Of a stretch of 64,000 nt of DNA, positions 54,855-63,477 are shown piece after piece (position 1 is the stretch's first letter; the number at the start of each line of letters is the position of its first letter). Under the pieces are notes generated by a model. The model was not told the DNA's origin. It saw nothing but the letters and a program-made list of their open reading frames with translations, and did no database searches. Both the position numbers and the translations under genes were made by a program. The stretch is from an uncultured Gammaproteobacteria bacterium (GTDB lineage Bacteria; Patescibacteriota; Microgenomatia; 2-02-FULL-39-11): assembly GCA_964446235.1 (NCBI GenBank), contig CAYUNW010000004.1, forward strand, positions 141 to 64,140, read 5' to 3'.

Positions 54855-55217
54855 ATGTTGGATCTTAACCATCTATTAATTTTTTCAGAAAATCCTAAAA
54901 AACTTGGAGAATTCTATAAAAAAATTCTTAATAAAGATTACGATTGGACTGGAGGAGATTTTTTCGGTTTTTCCGCCGGTTCAAGTTGGATAGGATTTGG
55001 ACCGCACAATAAAGTTAAAGGTAAAAATAATCAACCTGAAAGAATAATAATAAATTTTCAAACAAATGATGTAGAGAATGAATTCATCAGAATAAAAAAT
55101 TTGGGCGCTAAAGTAATTGCCAAACCGTATCATCCAAAAGAAAGTCCTGATATGATTTTAGCAACTCTTGAAGATCCGGATGGTAATTATTTTCAATTGG
55201 CGTCCCCGATGAAATAA
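54855..55217 (+). CDS. VOC (glyoxalase fold) family protein, paralog of 3028..3423
   Basis: [28 protein letters not shown]...AKPYHP...LEDPDGNYFQL. Confidence 0.55.
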   Translation: MLDLNHLLIFSENPKKLGEFYKKILNKDYDWTGGDFFGFSAGSSWIGFGPHNKVKGKNNQPERIIINFQTNDVENEFIRIKNLGAKVIAKPYHPKESPDMILATLEDPDGNYFQLASPMK

Positions 55218-55242
55218 ATTTAAATAGATTTTAAGTCGATTA

Positions 55243-55737
55243 TTATTTTAACCATTCAATGAAGTCACAACCGGTAGCGCTTCGCGTCTGAGGATCCCAG
55301 GAATTGGTCGAGCATTTTTTCATTCTTTTACCGCTTGATGATGTATAAATAACCAAATTATTTCCGCACTTGGGACATTTTTCATCCAGCTGTTCTATAG
55401 TTCCTTTTACCCATTCAATATAATCACAACCTCCTGCAGTTTTCGTATTCGGATCCCAAGTGGCTGTAGAACATTTTTTCATTTTTTTGTTAAATCTGGT
55501 CATAGTCAATACCAAGTTTGAACCGCACTTGGGACATTTTTCATCCAGATTTTGAGGTTCAAAAGGTAACCATTTTACATAATCACAACCTTCATTTTTT
55601 CTGGTCTCTTCATTCCATTTACCGTTGGAACACCTTTTAAGTTTGCGACCGGATTTGGTTGTTACTTCTTCTCCTAAAGTACTTCCGCATTTGGGGCAAA
55701 TATCATCTGTTTCAACTGTTTTTTCATTATTACTCAT
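55243..55737 (-). CDS. stand-alone protein of three tandem topoisomerase-type C4 zinc-finger modules
   Basis: Three units of about 45 aa: CPKCGSTL...KRCSN...GCDYVKW, CPKCGSNL...KKCST...GCDYIEW and CPKCGNNL...KKCST...GCDFIEW. Confidence 0.6.
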   Translation of the reverse strand: MSNNEKTVETDDICPKCGSTLGEEVTTKSGRKLKRCSNGKWNEETRKNEGCDYVKWLPFEPQNLDEKCPKCGSNLVLTMTRFNKKMKKCSTATWDPNTKTAGGCDYIEWVKGTIEQLDEKCPKCGNNLVIYTSSSGKRMKKCSTNSWDPQTRSATGCDFIEWLK

Positions 55738-55829
55738 GTTTTTCCTCCTTAATATTTATTCTATTTATCTAATATATCTGTTTTTTGAATATCTAGCAAT
55801 GAATAGTAATTTCTATTTAATTTTATAGT

Positions 55830-56987
55830 CTATCTAAATATTTTTGGATTTACTCTGATAATTTTATCATCAGAAGATCTTATTTCTCCCCTACCATCAC
55901 GGTTACTTGTTGTTATATACAGATATCCGTCTGGACCAAGTTTCACTTCTCGAATCCTACCAAATTCTTTCTTAAAATGAGCTTTTAAGGAAAGGTTGTT
56001 TAAAGAATTTATCCTAGCTTCATAAAGCGCTTCCCCTCTAAGTCCGCCAAAAAATAGGCTTCCATCGAAATACTCAAGAGAAGCCGGAGCCCAAGTATCC
56101 TCTTCACCAGACTGTATAACTGCCGAAGTAATACCCGCTCCTTTTTCTCGCCCGATAAAACCAGGCCAACCGTAATTTGCTCCTTTGATAATCAAATTTA
56201 TCTCATCAAAGCCGGTATTTGTTCCTGAAGGACCATGTTCACTGGACCATAAATTTCCCTGATTGTCCCAAGTGATTCCTTGAGGATTTCTATGTCCGTA
56301 TGAATAAACTTCATTTCCAAATGGATTATCCAAAACTGGCTTTCCTTCATCAGTTACACGCAGTATTTTTCCGTTTAAACTGTTTTTGTTTTGAGACAAA
56401 TCTTCCCTGGTAGCATCTCCCGTTGTGATATAAAGATACCCATCGGGACCGAATCTTATTCTGCCTCCATCATGATATATTGCTCCGTCTATTTTTGAAA
56501 GTAACACCTTTTTTTCTACAAAAGTATCCTTTTCTAGCTTGTATCTTTCCACTTGATTTTCAATGTTTGTTCCATTCTCTAAGGTCACCATCAGATAAAC
56601 AAGTTTGTTCTGCTCAAACTGGGGATGAAGCGTTAGTCCCATAAGTCCGGCTTCGCCTTTTTTATAGACACCGGATAGTTCTTCTATAGTTTTTGTTTCG
56701 TTTCCGACTCTAATTATTCTTCCGTTCCGCTCGGTAACTAATAAATCTCCTTCGGGTAAAAACTCTATCGACCAAGGGACGTCAAGATTTTCGGCTATAA
56801 CCTCTATGTCCTTCATGTCCTTTTTTGGTGTGACGATATTAATATTTTTTCTATCTTCAAAAGGGATACTTTCTTTTGGATGAAAGATTCTATTATCAAA
56901 GGTGTTATTAAAAAATACTTTTGCAACTGCAAAAATTAAAAAAACAATAAGGACAAAAGTGAAAATCTTGATTTTATTTATATTCAT
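55830..56987 (-). CDS. PQQ-dependent soluble sugar (aldose/sorbosone) dehydrogenase, YliI-like beta-propeller
   Basis: GLMGLTLHPQF, HDGGRIRFGPDGYLYITTGD, YSYGHRNPQGITWD, EHGPSG...DEINLIIKGANYGWP. Confidence 0.8.
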   Translation of the reverse strand: MNINKIKIFTFVLIVFLIFAVAKVFFNNTFDNRIFHPKESIPFEDRKNINIVTPKKDMKDIEVIAENLDVPWSIEFLPEGDLLVTERNGRIIRVGNETKTIEELSGVYKKGEAGLMGLTLHPQFEQNKLVYLMVTLENGTNIENQVERYKLEKDTFVEKKVLLSKIDGAIYHDGGRIRFGPDGYLYITTGDATREDLSQNKNSLNGKILRVTDEGKPVLDNPFGNEVYSYGHRNPQGITWDNQGNLWSSEHGPSGTNTGFDEINLIIKGANYGWPGFIGREKGAGITSAVIQSGEEDTWAPASLEYFDGSLFFGGLRGEALYEARINSLNNLSLKAHFKKEFGRIREVKLGPDGYLYITTSNRDGRGEIRSSDDKIIRVNPKIFR

Positions 56988-57106
56988 CTCTTTTGATGAT
57001 TATACATGAAAAATATTTTGTGACTACCTGAAAGGTCAAACCCAATCAGACTTGAATATAGCTAACATATATGAAATATTTAATATTAGAGAGGGGGTGA
57101 TCGATA

Positions 57107-57271
57107 ATGAAAAAAATACTGATATTAGCAATTTTTGTTTGCTTAACTCCTCTCAATCCACTGCAACCTCTTGAAAAACTAGAACCATTAGAACCATATG
57201 AAAAACTACCGAAGTTGCAAAAACTTGAACCACTAAATAAACTGCAACCTTTTGAATGTAATTGTGATTAA
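57107..57271 (+). CDS. 54-aa hydrophobic-leader peptide with 12 tandem tripeptide repeats and a CNCD C-terminus (not in the ORF track)
   Basis: GAGGGGGTGA Shine-Dalgarno 6 nt before the ATG. My translation is MKKILILAIFVCLT-PLN-PLQ-PLE-KLE-PLE-PYE-KLP-KLQ-KLE-PLN-KLQ-PFE-CNCD, with TAA at 57269..57271. Confidence 0.45.
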   Translation: MKKILILAIFVCLTPLNPLQPLEKLEPLEPYEKLPKLQKLEPLNKLQPFECNCD

Positions 57272-57367
57272 AAGATAAATTACCGACAGCAATCTGAGGT
57301 TAATTTTAAAATTTTCAAATCATTTTTTCAGATAGTTTATAATATAAGATAAGGAGGTTTAAATATT

Positions 57368-57748
57368 ATGAATAATTTTCATCTCAATATCGAAAACGAA
57401 ACTCTGGAAAATACCAATTTCCGGAAGGTTATTTTTACCGGTAAATATCAACAGTTGGTGGTTATGTGTTTAAAACCAAATGAAGAAATCGGTACGGAAA
57501 TTCATGATACTGTTGATCAGTTTTTTCGAGTTGAACAGGGACAGGCAAAAGTTTTGACAAATGGAGAAGAATTTACGGTCGGTGAAGATGATGTTTTTAT
57601 AGTTACTGCCGGTAAACAACATAATGTCATCAATTCCGGTTCGGTGGATTTGAAACTTTATACGATTTATGCTCCGCCAAATCATCCAGATGGAACAATA
57701 CACTCAACAAAAGCGGAAGCTGATGAGTACGAAAAGACTCATCATTAA
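57368..57748 (+). CDS. cupin domain protein
   Basis: Single cupin barrel (GTEIHDTVDQFFRVEQGQAKV ... VTAGKQHNVINSG). TAAGGAGG Shine-Dalgarno. Confidence 0.75.
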   Translation: MNNFHLNIENETLENTNFRKVIFTGKYQQLVVMCLKPNEEIGTEIHDTVDQFFRVEQGQAKVLTNGEEFTVGEDDVFIVTAGKQHNVINSGSVDLKLYTIYAPPNHPDGTIHSTKAEADEYEKTHH

Positions 57749-57763
57749 CTTATCATTAACTTA
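57742..57763 (+). repeat. 11-bp tandem duplication TCATTAACTTA x2 spanning the cupin stop codon
   Basis: Read directly: tcattaactta tcattaactta. Confidence 0.6.
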
Positions 57764-57907
57764 CGCATAATATACTTTTTCCAGGTAATCCAGCTTGGTT
57801 ATTGGAATTACGTTCTATAAAAAAACAGTATTGTTTTATATTATATTTAAGATTTTTTGAAAAATACTCATAAAAATATAATATGGTATATTACTTAAGC
57901 GAATATT

Positions 57908-59218
57908 ATGAAAAGTAAACATTTCGTACTTTTAGGTCATCTTGACCACGGCAAATCTACACTAATCGGCAGGCTACTTTGGGATTTGGGAAAAATCGAT
58001 AAAAATACCAAAAGTTATCTCATGGAAATCGGTTCAAAAAACAACCGCCATTTTGCCTATGTATTGGATTTCAAACAGGAAGAAAGAACAAGAGGAATAA
58101 CAATAGATGTCGGACATAACAAGCTTATAATTGATGGGTACTCTTTTACATTTTCAGATGCTCCAGGACACCAAGTATTCCGAAACAAAATAGATTCTGC
58201 AATAAAAGAATCTAATGCGGCTATTATCTGTTTGGCTGCAGACGATAAAATTACCGATGAACTCAAAAAAAGCATCTTATATGCCCATAAGAATAAAATT
58301 ACTGATTTTATTGTTTGTATAACTAAGATGGATTTAGTCAAATATAAAAATGTAATCTTTGAAAAATTATCAAGTCAAATATTACCTTTGCTAAAAAAAA
58401 GTTCATCACTGCAATTTATACCTACTTCTGCCCTAAAAGGCGACAATATAACAAAATCGTCAAAAAAAATGCCTTGGTATCAAGGTGTAACACTAATAGA
58501 AAGTTTTAAAAATGCCAATACAAAAGAAAATTCCGTCAATGATTTGGTTAGACAATCCAAAGAAATTTTTAAAAAAGCAGAAAAAACTTTCCGTCATCCA
58601 GTGATGTTATGGGCAGGTGGTAAAGACTCAACTGCTATGCTGGCTATAGCCAAAGAATTATATCCGAAAAAACTTCCATTCCCTCTACTTTTTATCGATA
58701 CAACTTATAAATTCAGCGAAACATACGATTTTATCAACTTACTCCAAAAAAAATGGAAATTAAATCTTTTAAGAATCACAAACAAAGAAGCATTGGAAAA
58801 AGGCGTCAATCCCTGGTCTGTGAACCACTTTACCTATTGCCATGAATTAAAAACAAAACCTTTAAAAAAAACAATAAATGATGAAGGGTATGACGGCGCT
58901 TATGTTGCTATCCGCTGGGATGAACATGGAATCAGAGGCAAAGAACAGTATTTTTCCAAAAGAACTGACCCGCCACATTACCGTATCCACCCGATGCTAC
59001 ATTGGTCGGAAAGTGAAATATGGCAATATATTAAATCCGAAAAGATACCGTATAATTCCCTATACGATAAAGAGGAGCATAACGGACTAGTCTACAGAAG
59101 TATTGGATGTTGGCCTTTTACCAAACCTATCCCAAAAGAAGGAGCAGATGAACGTTCAGGTAGAGAAGTTGATAAAGAGCGTCTGATGGAAAGTTTACGT
59201 TCTCTTGGATATATGTGA
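57908..59218 (+). CDS. single-chain sulfate adenylyltransferase-like fusion: CysN GTPase domain (N-terminal) + CysD PAPS-reductase-fold domain (C-terminal)
   Basis: N-terminal roughly 200 aa: GHLDHGKSTLIGRLL, ERTRGITID, DAPGH, TKMD and PTSALKGDNITKSSKKMPWYQG (CysN/EF-1alpha-like G domain, with no domains II/III). C-terminus: PVMLWAGGKDSTAMLAIAKELYPKKLPFPLLFIDT, RSIGCWPFT and ERSGREVDKERLMESLRSLGYM (CysD). Confidence 0.7.
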   Translation: MKSKHFVLLGHLDHGKSTLIGRLLWDLGKIDKNTKSYLMEIGSKNNRHFAYVLDFKQEERTRGITIDVGHNKLIIDGYSFTFSDAPGHQVFRNKIDSAIKESNAAIICLAADDKITDELKKSILYAHKNKITDFIVCITKMDLVKYKNVIFEKLSSQILPLLKKSSSLQFIPTSALKGDNITKSSKKMPWYQGVTLIESFKNANTKENSVNDLVRQSKEIFKKAEKTFRHPVMLWAGGKDSTAMLAIAKELYPKKLPFPLLFIDTTYKFSETYDFINLLQKKWKLNLLRITNKEALEKGVNPWSVNHFTYCHELKTKPLKKTINDEGYDGAYVAIRWDEHGIRGKEQYFSKRTDPPHYRIHPMLHWSESEIWQYIKSEKIPYNSLYDKEEHNGLVYRSIGCWPFTKPIPKEGADERSGREVDKERLMESLRSLGYM

Positions 59219-59221
59219 ATT

Positions 59222-61216
59222 ATGTTTATACTTCTTTCGAAAAATTTTTTTCAGAATAAAATTTTATTAAAAATTACCTTAATTTCAGCTCTCCTTTCCG
59301 GTTTTTTGTTTGCGATTTACGATCTAAGCTTTTTTATCTTATCCAATAATATTCCGCTTTTTAATTTTTGGGATTTTATCAAATTAACCTCTTTACCATT
59401 TGGATTTTACATTTTAATCGCTCTTATTATTTATCCTTTATTTTCGATATTTAATCACTTCATGTTCCAACTTTCCGGGTTGGAAATGTCCCCAAAAAAA
59501 GAAGCGTCTTTATTTTTTGCATTCTCAGTTTTTCTGACAACTGCTAAGATTATAGACAGTGCTATACAACAAGGGGCAAATACACGGAAAATCAGCTTAC
59601 CAATTGCTATTGTTATCGCATCTATAATTGCTTTTTTTTGTTATCAGAAATTAAGGAAATTTTTTCAAAAAAGAAGCACAACGGCACTAGGAAAATTAAT
59701 ATTCTCCTTTTCCGGATTGTTATTCACAGTATGGCTTTTTATGGTATGGTTTTTATATAAAGCCGATTATCCTCCAATACAAAAATCAGAACTCGTTGAT
59801 AAAATAAATATCGAGCAAAAACCGAATATCATTTTGATTATCTTGGATACTGTGAGAGCGGATCATTTATCCTCATATGGTTACAATAGACAAACAACTC
59901 CTAATATTGACACTTTTTCCGAACAAGGAGTTTTGTATACAAATGCAATTTCACAAGCTCCTTGGACATTACCCTCACATGCTTCCTTACTTACCGGTCT
60001 ATACCCCAGACAACATGGAGCAGATGGAAGATGGTTATGGCTTGATAATAATTTTTCAACATTACCGGAAATATTAAGTGACAACGGATACTATACAATA
60101 GGAATATCCAATAATCACAATTTTCATGTAAATACGAATTTACATCAGGGATTTGACAAATTTATATACACAAAAAGTTATCATTATAATTCATCAAATT
60201 TCTTTCTGACAAAAGTATTAAAAGACTTTTACGCACTTAGCAAATCGGAAAAAATCAAAAATCTTATCTCTGACATTACTTATTTCTTTTCCAGTAAAAA
60301 TATAAACAAGGACTACGGAGCTTTGTTTACAAATAAAGTTGCCAAAGATTATTTAAACTATTTAAATAACTCCAAAGTCCCCGTTTTTTTAATGATGAAT
60401 TATATGGAAGCCCACACTCCTCTTGGTGAAACTGCTGATAAAACTCTTTATCTTAAAGATTTAAATGTCTCACTCCGCGAAGCAAAAAGGTTAAGTGTAA
60501 AAGTTGACAGTGATTTAATAAAAACTTTCACTGGTGAGTGGAAACTTACTGAAAGAGAAATACAGATTATACATGCACTTTATGACGCTGATTTACACTA
60601 TTTGGACGAAAGAATTGGTGAGTTAATTAACTATTTAAAAGACATGAATTTGTTCGATAATTCCATGATCATAATTACTTCAGACCACGGGGAAAATTTA
60701 GGCGACCACGGTATCCTTGCTCATGAATATGATATACATCGATCGTTAGTACATGTCCCCTTAATAATTTATTATCCAAAATTTTTTCAAGCAAATTCTG
60801 TTATTGACAATATTACAGAAACAAAAGATATCTTTCCTACGGTCCTGGACATAGCTGGAATACAAAACCTAGAAAATGGTGAACTTTTAAAATATAGTCT
60901 CAGAAACAACTTCAAAAGAAATTTTGTTTTGTCTGAAAATGCAATCGGTGACCTATTCAGTACCGTAAAAAATACATTGGTAAAAAATCCCACCTTGGAC
61001 CAAAGAGTGATTACCGGAGAATGGCTAAATATTCAAAATAATGAATTAGAGTTTATCTCTAATATTTTGGGTGATAAACTTTATGACATAACTACCGATC
61101 CAAACGAATTAAATAATGTTGTTGATATCTATCCGCAAAAAACAAAAGAAATGAAAGAAAAATTAAATCAACGTCTAAGAGAAATAGGTTCATATTGGTT
61201 TGACTATAATCATTAA
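59222..61216 (+). CDS. membrane-anchored sulfatase-fold (alkaline phosphatase superfamily) protein, Thr-type active site, paralog A
   Basis: About 5 N-terminal TM helices. ILDTVRADH metal site. APWTLPSHASLLTGLYP stands in place of C/S-x-P-x-R. ITSDHGENLGDHG. The start lies 3 nt after the cysN-cysD fusion stop. Confidence 0.7.
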   Translation: MFILLSKNFFQNKILLKITLISALLSGFLFAIYDLSFFILSNNIPLFNFWDFIKLTSLPFGFYILIALIIYPLFSIFNHFMFQLSGLEMSPKKEASLFFAFSVFLTTAKIIDSAIQQGANTRKISLPIAIVIASIIAFFCYQKLRKFFQKRSTTALGKLIFSFSGLLFTVWLFMVWFLYKADYPPIQKSELVDKINIEQKPNIILIILDTVRADHLSSYGYNRQTTPNIDTFSEQGVLYTNAISQAPWTLPSHASLLTGLYPRQHGADGRWLWLDNNFSTLPEILSDNGYYTIGISNNHNFHVNTNLHQGFDKFIYTKSYHYNSSNFFLTKVLKDFYALSKSEKIKNLISDITYFFSSKNINKDYGALFTNKVAKDYLNYLNNSKVPVFLMMNYMEAHTPLGETADKTLYLKDLNVSLREAKRLSVKVDSDLIKTFTGEWKLTEREIQIIHALYDADLHYLDERIGELINYLKDMNLFDNSMIIITSDHGENLGDHGILAHEYDIHRSLVHVPLIIYYPKFFQANSVIDNITETKDIFPTVLDIAGIQNLENGELLKYSLRNNFKRNFVLSENAIGDLFSTVKNTLVKNPTLDQRVITGEWLNIQNNELEFISNILGDKLYDITTDPNELNNVVDIYPQKTKEMKEKLNQRLREIGSYWFDYNH

Positions 61217-61245
61217 TCATTCACTAATATGCATATATTAAAATA

Positions 61246-63210
61246 ATGAGAAGTTTAAAAATAAAAAAAATTTTATTGGTTACTTCATTAATCTCTGCTT
61301 TAACCGCCGGTAGTATTTTTGCATATTATGATATCAGTTTTTATATCATCACTTCCAAAACTTTCTTTTTTGGCTTCTATGAATATTTTATTACTGTATT
61401 TATTCCGCTTATGTCATATGTAATTCTTGCTTTAGTTTTCTTTCCATTTATGTCTTTGGTCTTTTTGGTTTTTTTAAAAATTAGTGGATATAAATTTTCC
61501 GAAATCAAAATATCAATCCTATTTTTTTCAATTAGTATATTGTTTCTTTCTTTAAAAATTCTTGACAGTATTATCTGGCAAAGTACGTTCTCCAGAATTT
61601 ATAGTATTCCGATAGCCATTATGCTGGCATCTATCATTGCTCATTATTTTTATTATTTGACCAATAACTTAACGGAAAAATTAGGATTTTTTAAGTCTAT
61701 AAAAATATTTCTTATTTTATATCTTTTGTTTTTCATTCTAATAAACTCGTTTTTGTTTTATAAATATAAAGCCGCGTATCCAACGCCTGATATCGACTTT
61801 ATCAATAATCAAAATAATAATCATTCTATAAAACCAAACATTATACTGCTTATTCTTGATACGGCCAGAACAGATCATTTTCCAGTTTACGGATACGAAA
61901 GAAATACAACACCAAATATCGATGCTTTTGCTAAAAAAAGTGCGCTTTTTCAAAATGCGGTATCACAAGCTCCTTGGACTTTACCCTCACACGCTTCGAT
62001 GCTAACCGGACTCTATCCAAGACAACATGGGGCAGACGGCAGATGGGAATGGTTGGACTATAATTTTGATACTTTAGCAGAAATATTGAAAAAAAATTTT
62101 TATTATACTGTCGCAATTTCAAATAATGAATATTTCTCCGAGAAAACAAATTTAAATCAGGGTTTTGATAAATTTATTTTTGTCAAAAACTATTCACAGA
62201 CAAAAGCAAGTCTTTTTTTGGTCAAACTTCTTACTGATATAAAATCAATACTTGAAGAAGATTTCCAAAAAAATCTGATTTCTGATATTGCCAATTTCAT
62301 TTCAGCAAAAGGTTTTAGAAAAGATTATAGTGCCTCTTTCACAAATGAAATTGCCTATTCATACCTAGACGAATTTAGTAGAACCTCTACACCATTTTTT
62401 TTAATGATTAACTATATGGAAACCCACAATCCATTGGGCGATACACAAAATAAAGATTTATACCTTAAAGAAATAAATGCTTCTTTATATGAAGCTTTAA
62501 GGGTAAGTGATCTGGCAAACTCAGGAAGAATTCCGGCGGTTTTTGAGGAATGGAAAATATCTGACAGGGAAAAGCATATCATGAATGCATTATACGATGG
62601 AGATTTGCATTATTTAGATAAAAAAATCGGCGAATTTATAAGCTTTTTAGAAAAAACTAATTTATTAAATAATTCTTTGGTGATAATCACCTCTGATCAT
62701 GGAGAAAACTTAGGTGATCATGGAATGCTTGCTCATTTATATGACATCAGAAGACCATTAATACACGTCCCGCTTTTATTATACTATCCGAAAATTTTTT
62801 CAGAGGGATCAATTATTGAAAAAACTGTAGAAACCAGAGATATCTTCCCGACAATACTTGAAATAGCAGGTATATCTTATGAAAAATATATAGACCCTAA
62901 ACCTTACAGTTTAAATTACCGGAATCGCCCTGATATTGCCTTTTCTGAATATATTGAAGGCGGTGATTTTGATTTTATACATCCATTGCTTTCAAATAAT
63001 CCAAATAGAAATCAAATGATTATAAAAGGAGAGTGGTTAAATTTCCATGATGGCGAATATGAATATATCTCGCATTATAATCAGGAATTTCTTTATAATA
63101 TACATAAAGATCAAAATGAGGATAATAATTTGGCAAATCAGGAAATTCAAAAAAAATTAATAATAAAAACAAAATTGGACCAATATTTAGATAATATTGT
63201 CACTTATTGA
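61246..63210 (+). CDS. membrane-anchored sulfatase-fold protein, Thr-type active site, paralog B (tandem duplicate)
   Basis: Same architecture and motifs as paralog A: ILDTARTDH, APWTLPSHASMLTGLYPRQHGADGRW and ITSDHGENLGDHG. Confidence 0.7.
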   Translation: MRSLKIKKILLVTSLISALTAGSIFAYYDISFYIITSKTFFFGFYEYFITVFIPLMSYVILALVFFPFMSLVFLVFLKISGYKFSEIKISILFFSISILFLSLKILDSIIWQSTFSRIYSIPIAIMLASIIAHYFYYLTNNLTEKLGFFKSIKIFLILYLLFFILINSFLFYKYKAAYPTPDIDFINNQNNNHSIKPNIILLILDTARTDHFPVYGYERNTTPNIDAFAKKSALFQNAVSQAPWTLPSHASMLTGLYPRQHGADGRWEWLDYNFDTLAEILKKNFYYTVAISNNEYFSEKTNLNQGFDKFIFVKNYSQTKASLFLVKLLTDIKSILEEDFQKNLISDIANFISAKGFRKDYSASFTNEIAYSYLDEFSRTSTPFFLMINYMETHNPLGDTQNKDLYLKEINASLYEALRVSDLANSGRIPAVFEEWKISDREKHIMNALYDGDLHYLDKKIGEFISFLEKTNLLNNSLVIITSDHGENLGDHGMLAHLYDIRRPLIHVPLLLYYPKIFSEGSIIEKTVETRDIFPTILEIAGISYEKYIDPKPYSLNYRNRPDIAFSEYIEGGDFDFIHPLLSNNPNRNQMIIKGEWLNFHDGEYEYISHYNQEFLYNIHKDQNEDNNLANQEIQKKLIIKTKLDQYLDNIVTY

Positions 63211-63243
63211 CCAGAGAAAAATTATTGATATTTAAAATCTATT

Positions 63244-63477
63244 ATGAAAAATATAATTATTTTTATAGTTTTATTCTTGATTTTCGTTTCTTCATTTTTT
63301 TTGTTTGTCCAAAAAACATATGCCTATTTGGATCCGGGAACCACTGGAAGCGCGTTTTCTTTTTTTTCCGGAATTATTCCTTTTATCCTGTTAATTTTGG
63401 GATTTTTAACTTTACCGTTTAGAAGATTGGTGCTTTTTATTTTAAAAAAAATAAAAAGCGCAAAAAATAAAAAATGA
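63244..63477 (+). CDS. small two-TM membrane protein
   Basis: 77 aa. TM helix, then AYLDPGTTGSAFSFF, a second TM helix and a basic tail. Its stop overlaps the next start (ATGA). Confidence 0.35.
   Translation: MKNIIIFIVLFLIFVSSFFLFVQKTYAYLDPGTTGSAFSFFSGIIPFILLILGFLTLPFRRLVLFILKKIKSAKNKK

Noticed and set aside
57742-57763. 11-bp tandem duplication TCATTAACTTA x2 across the cupin stop codon, considered as a possible regulatory or recoding signal.
   Set aside because: There are only two copies and no associated structure or alternative frame. A replication-slippage footprint is the most likely explanation. It is recorded as a repeat feature only.
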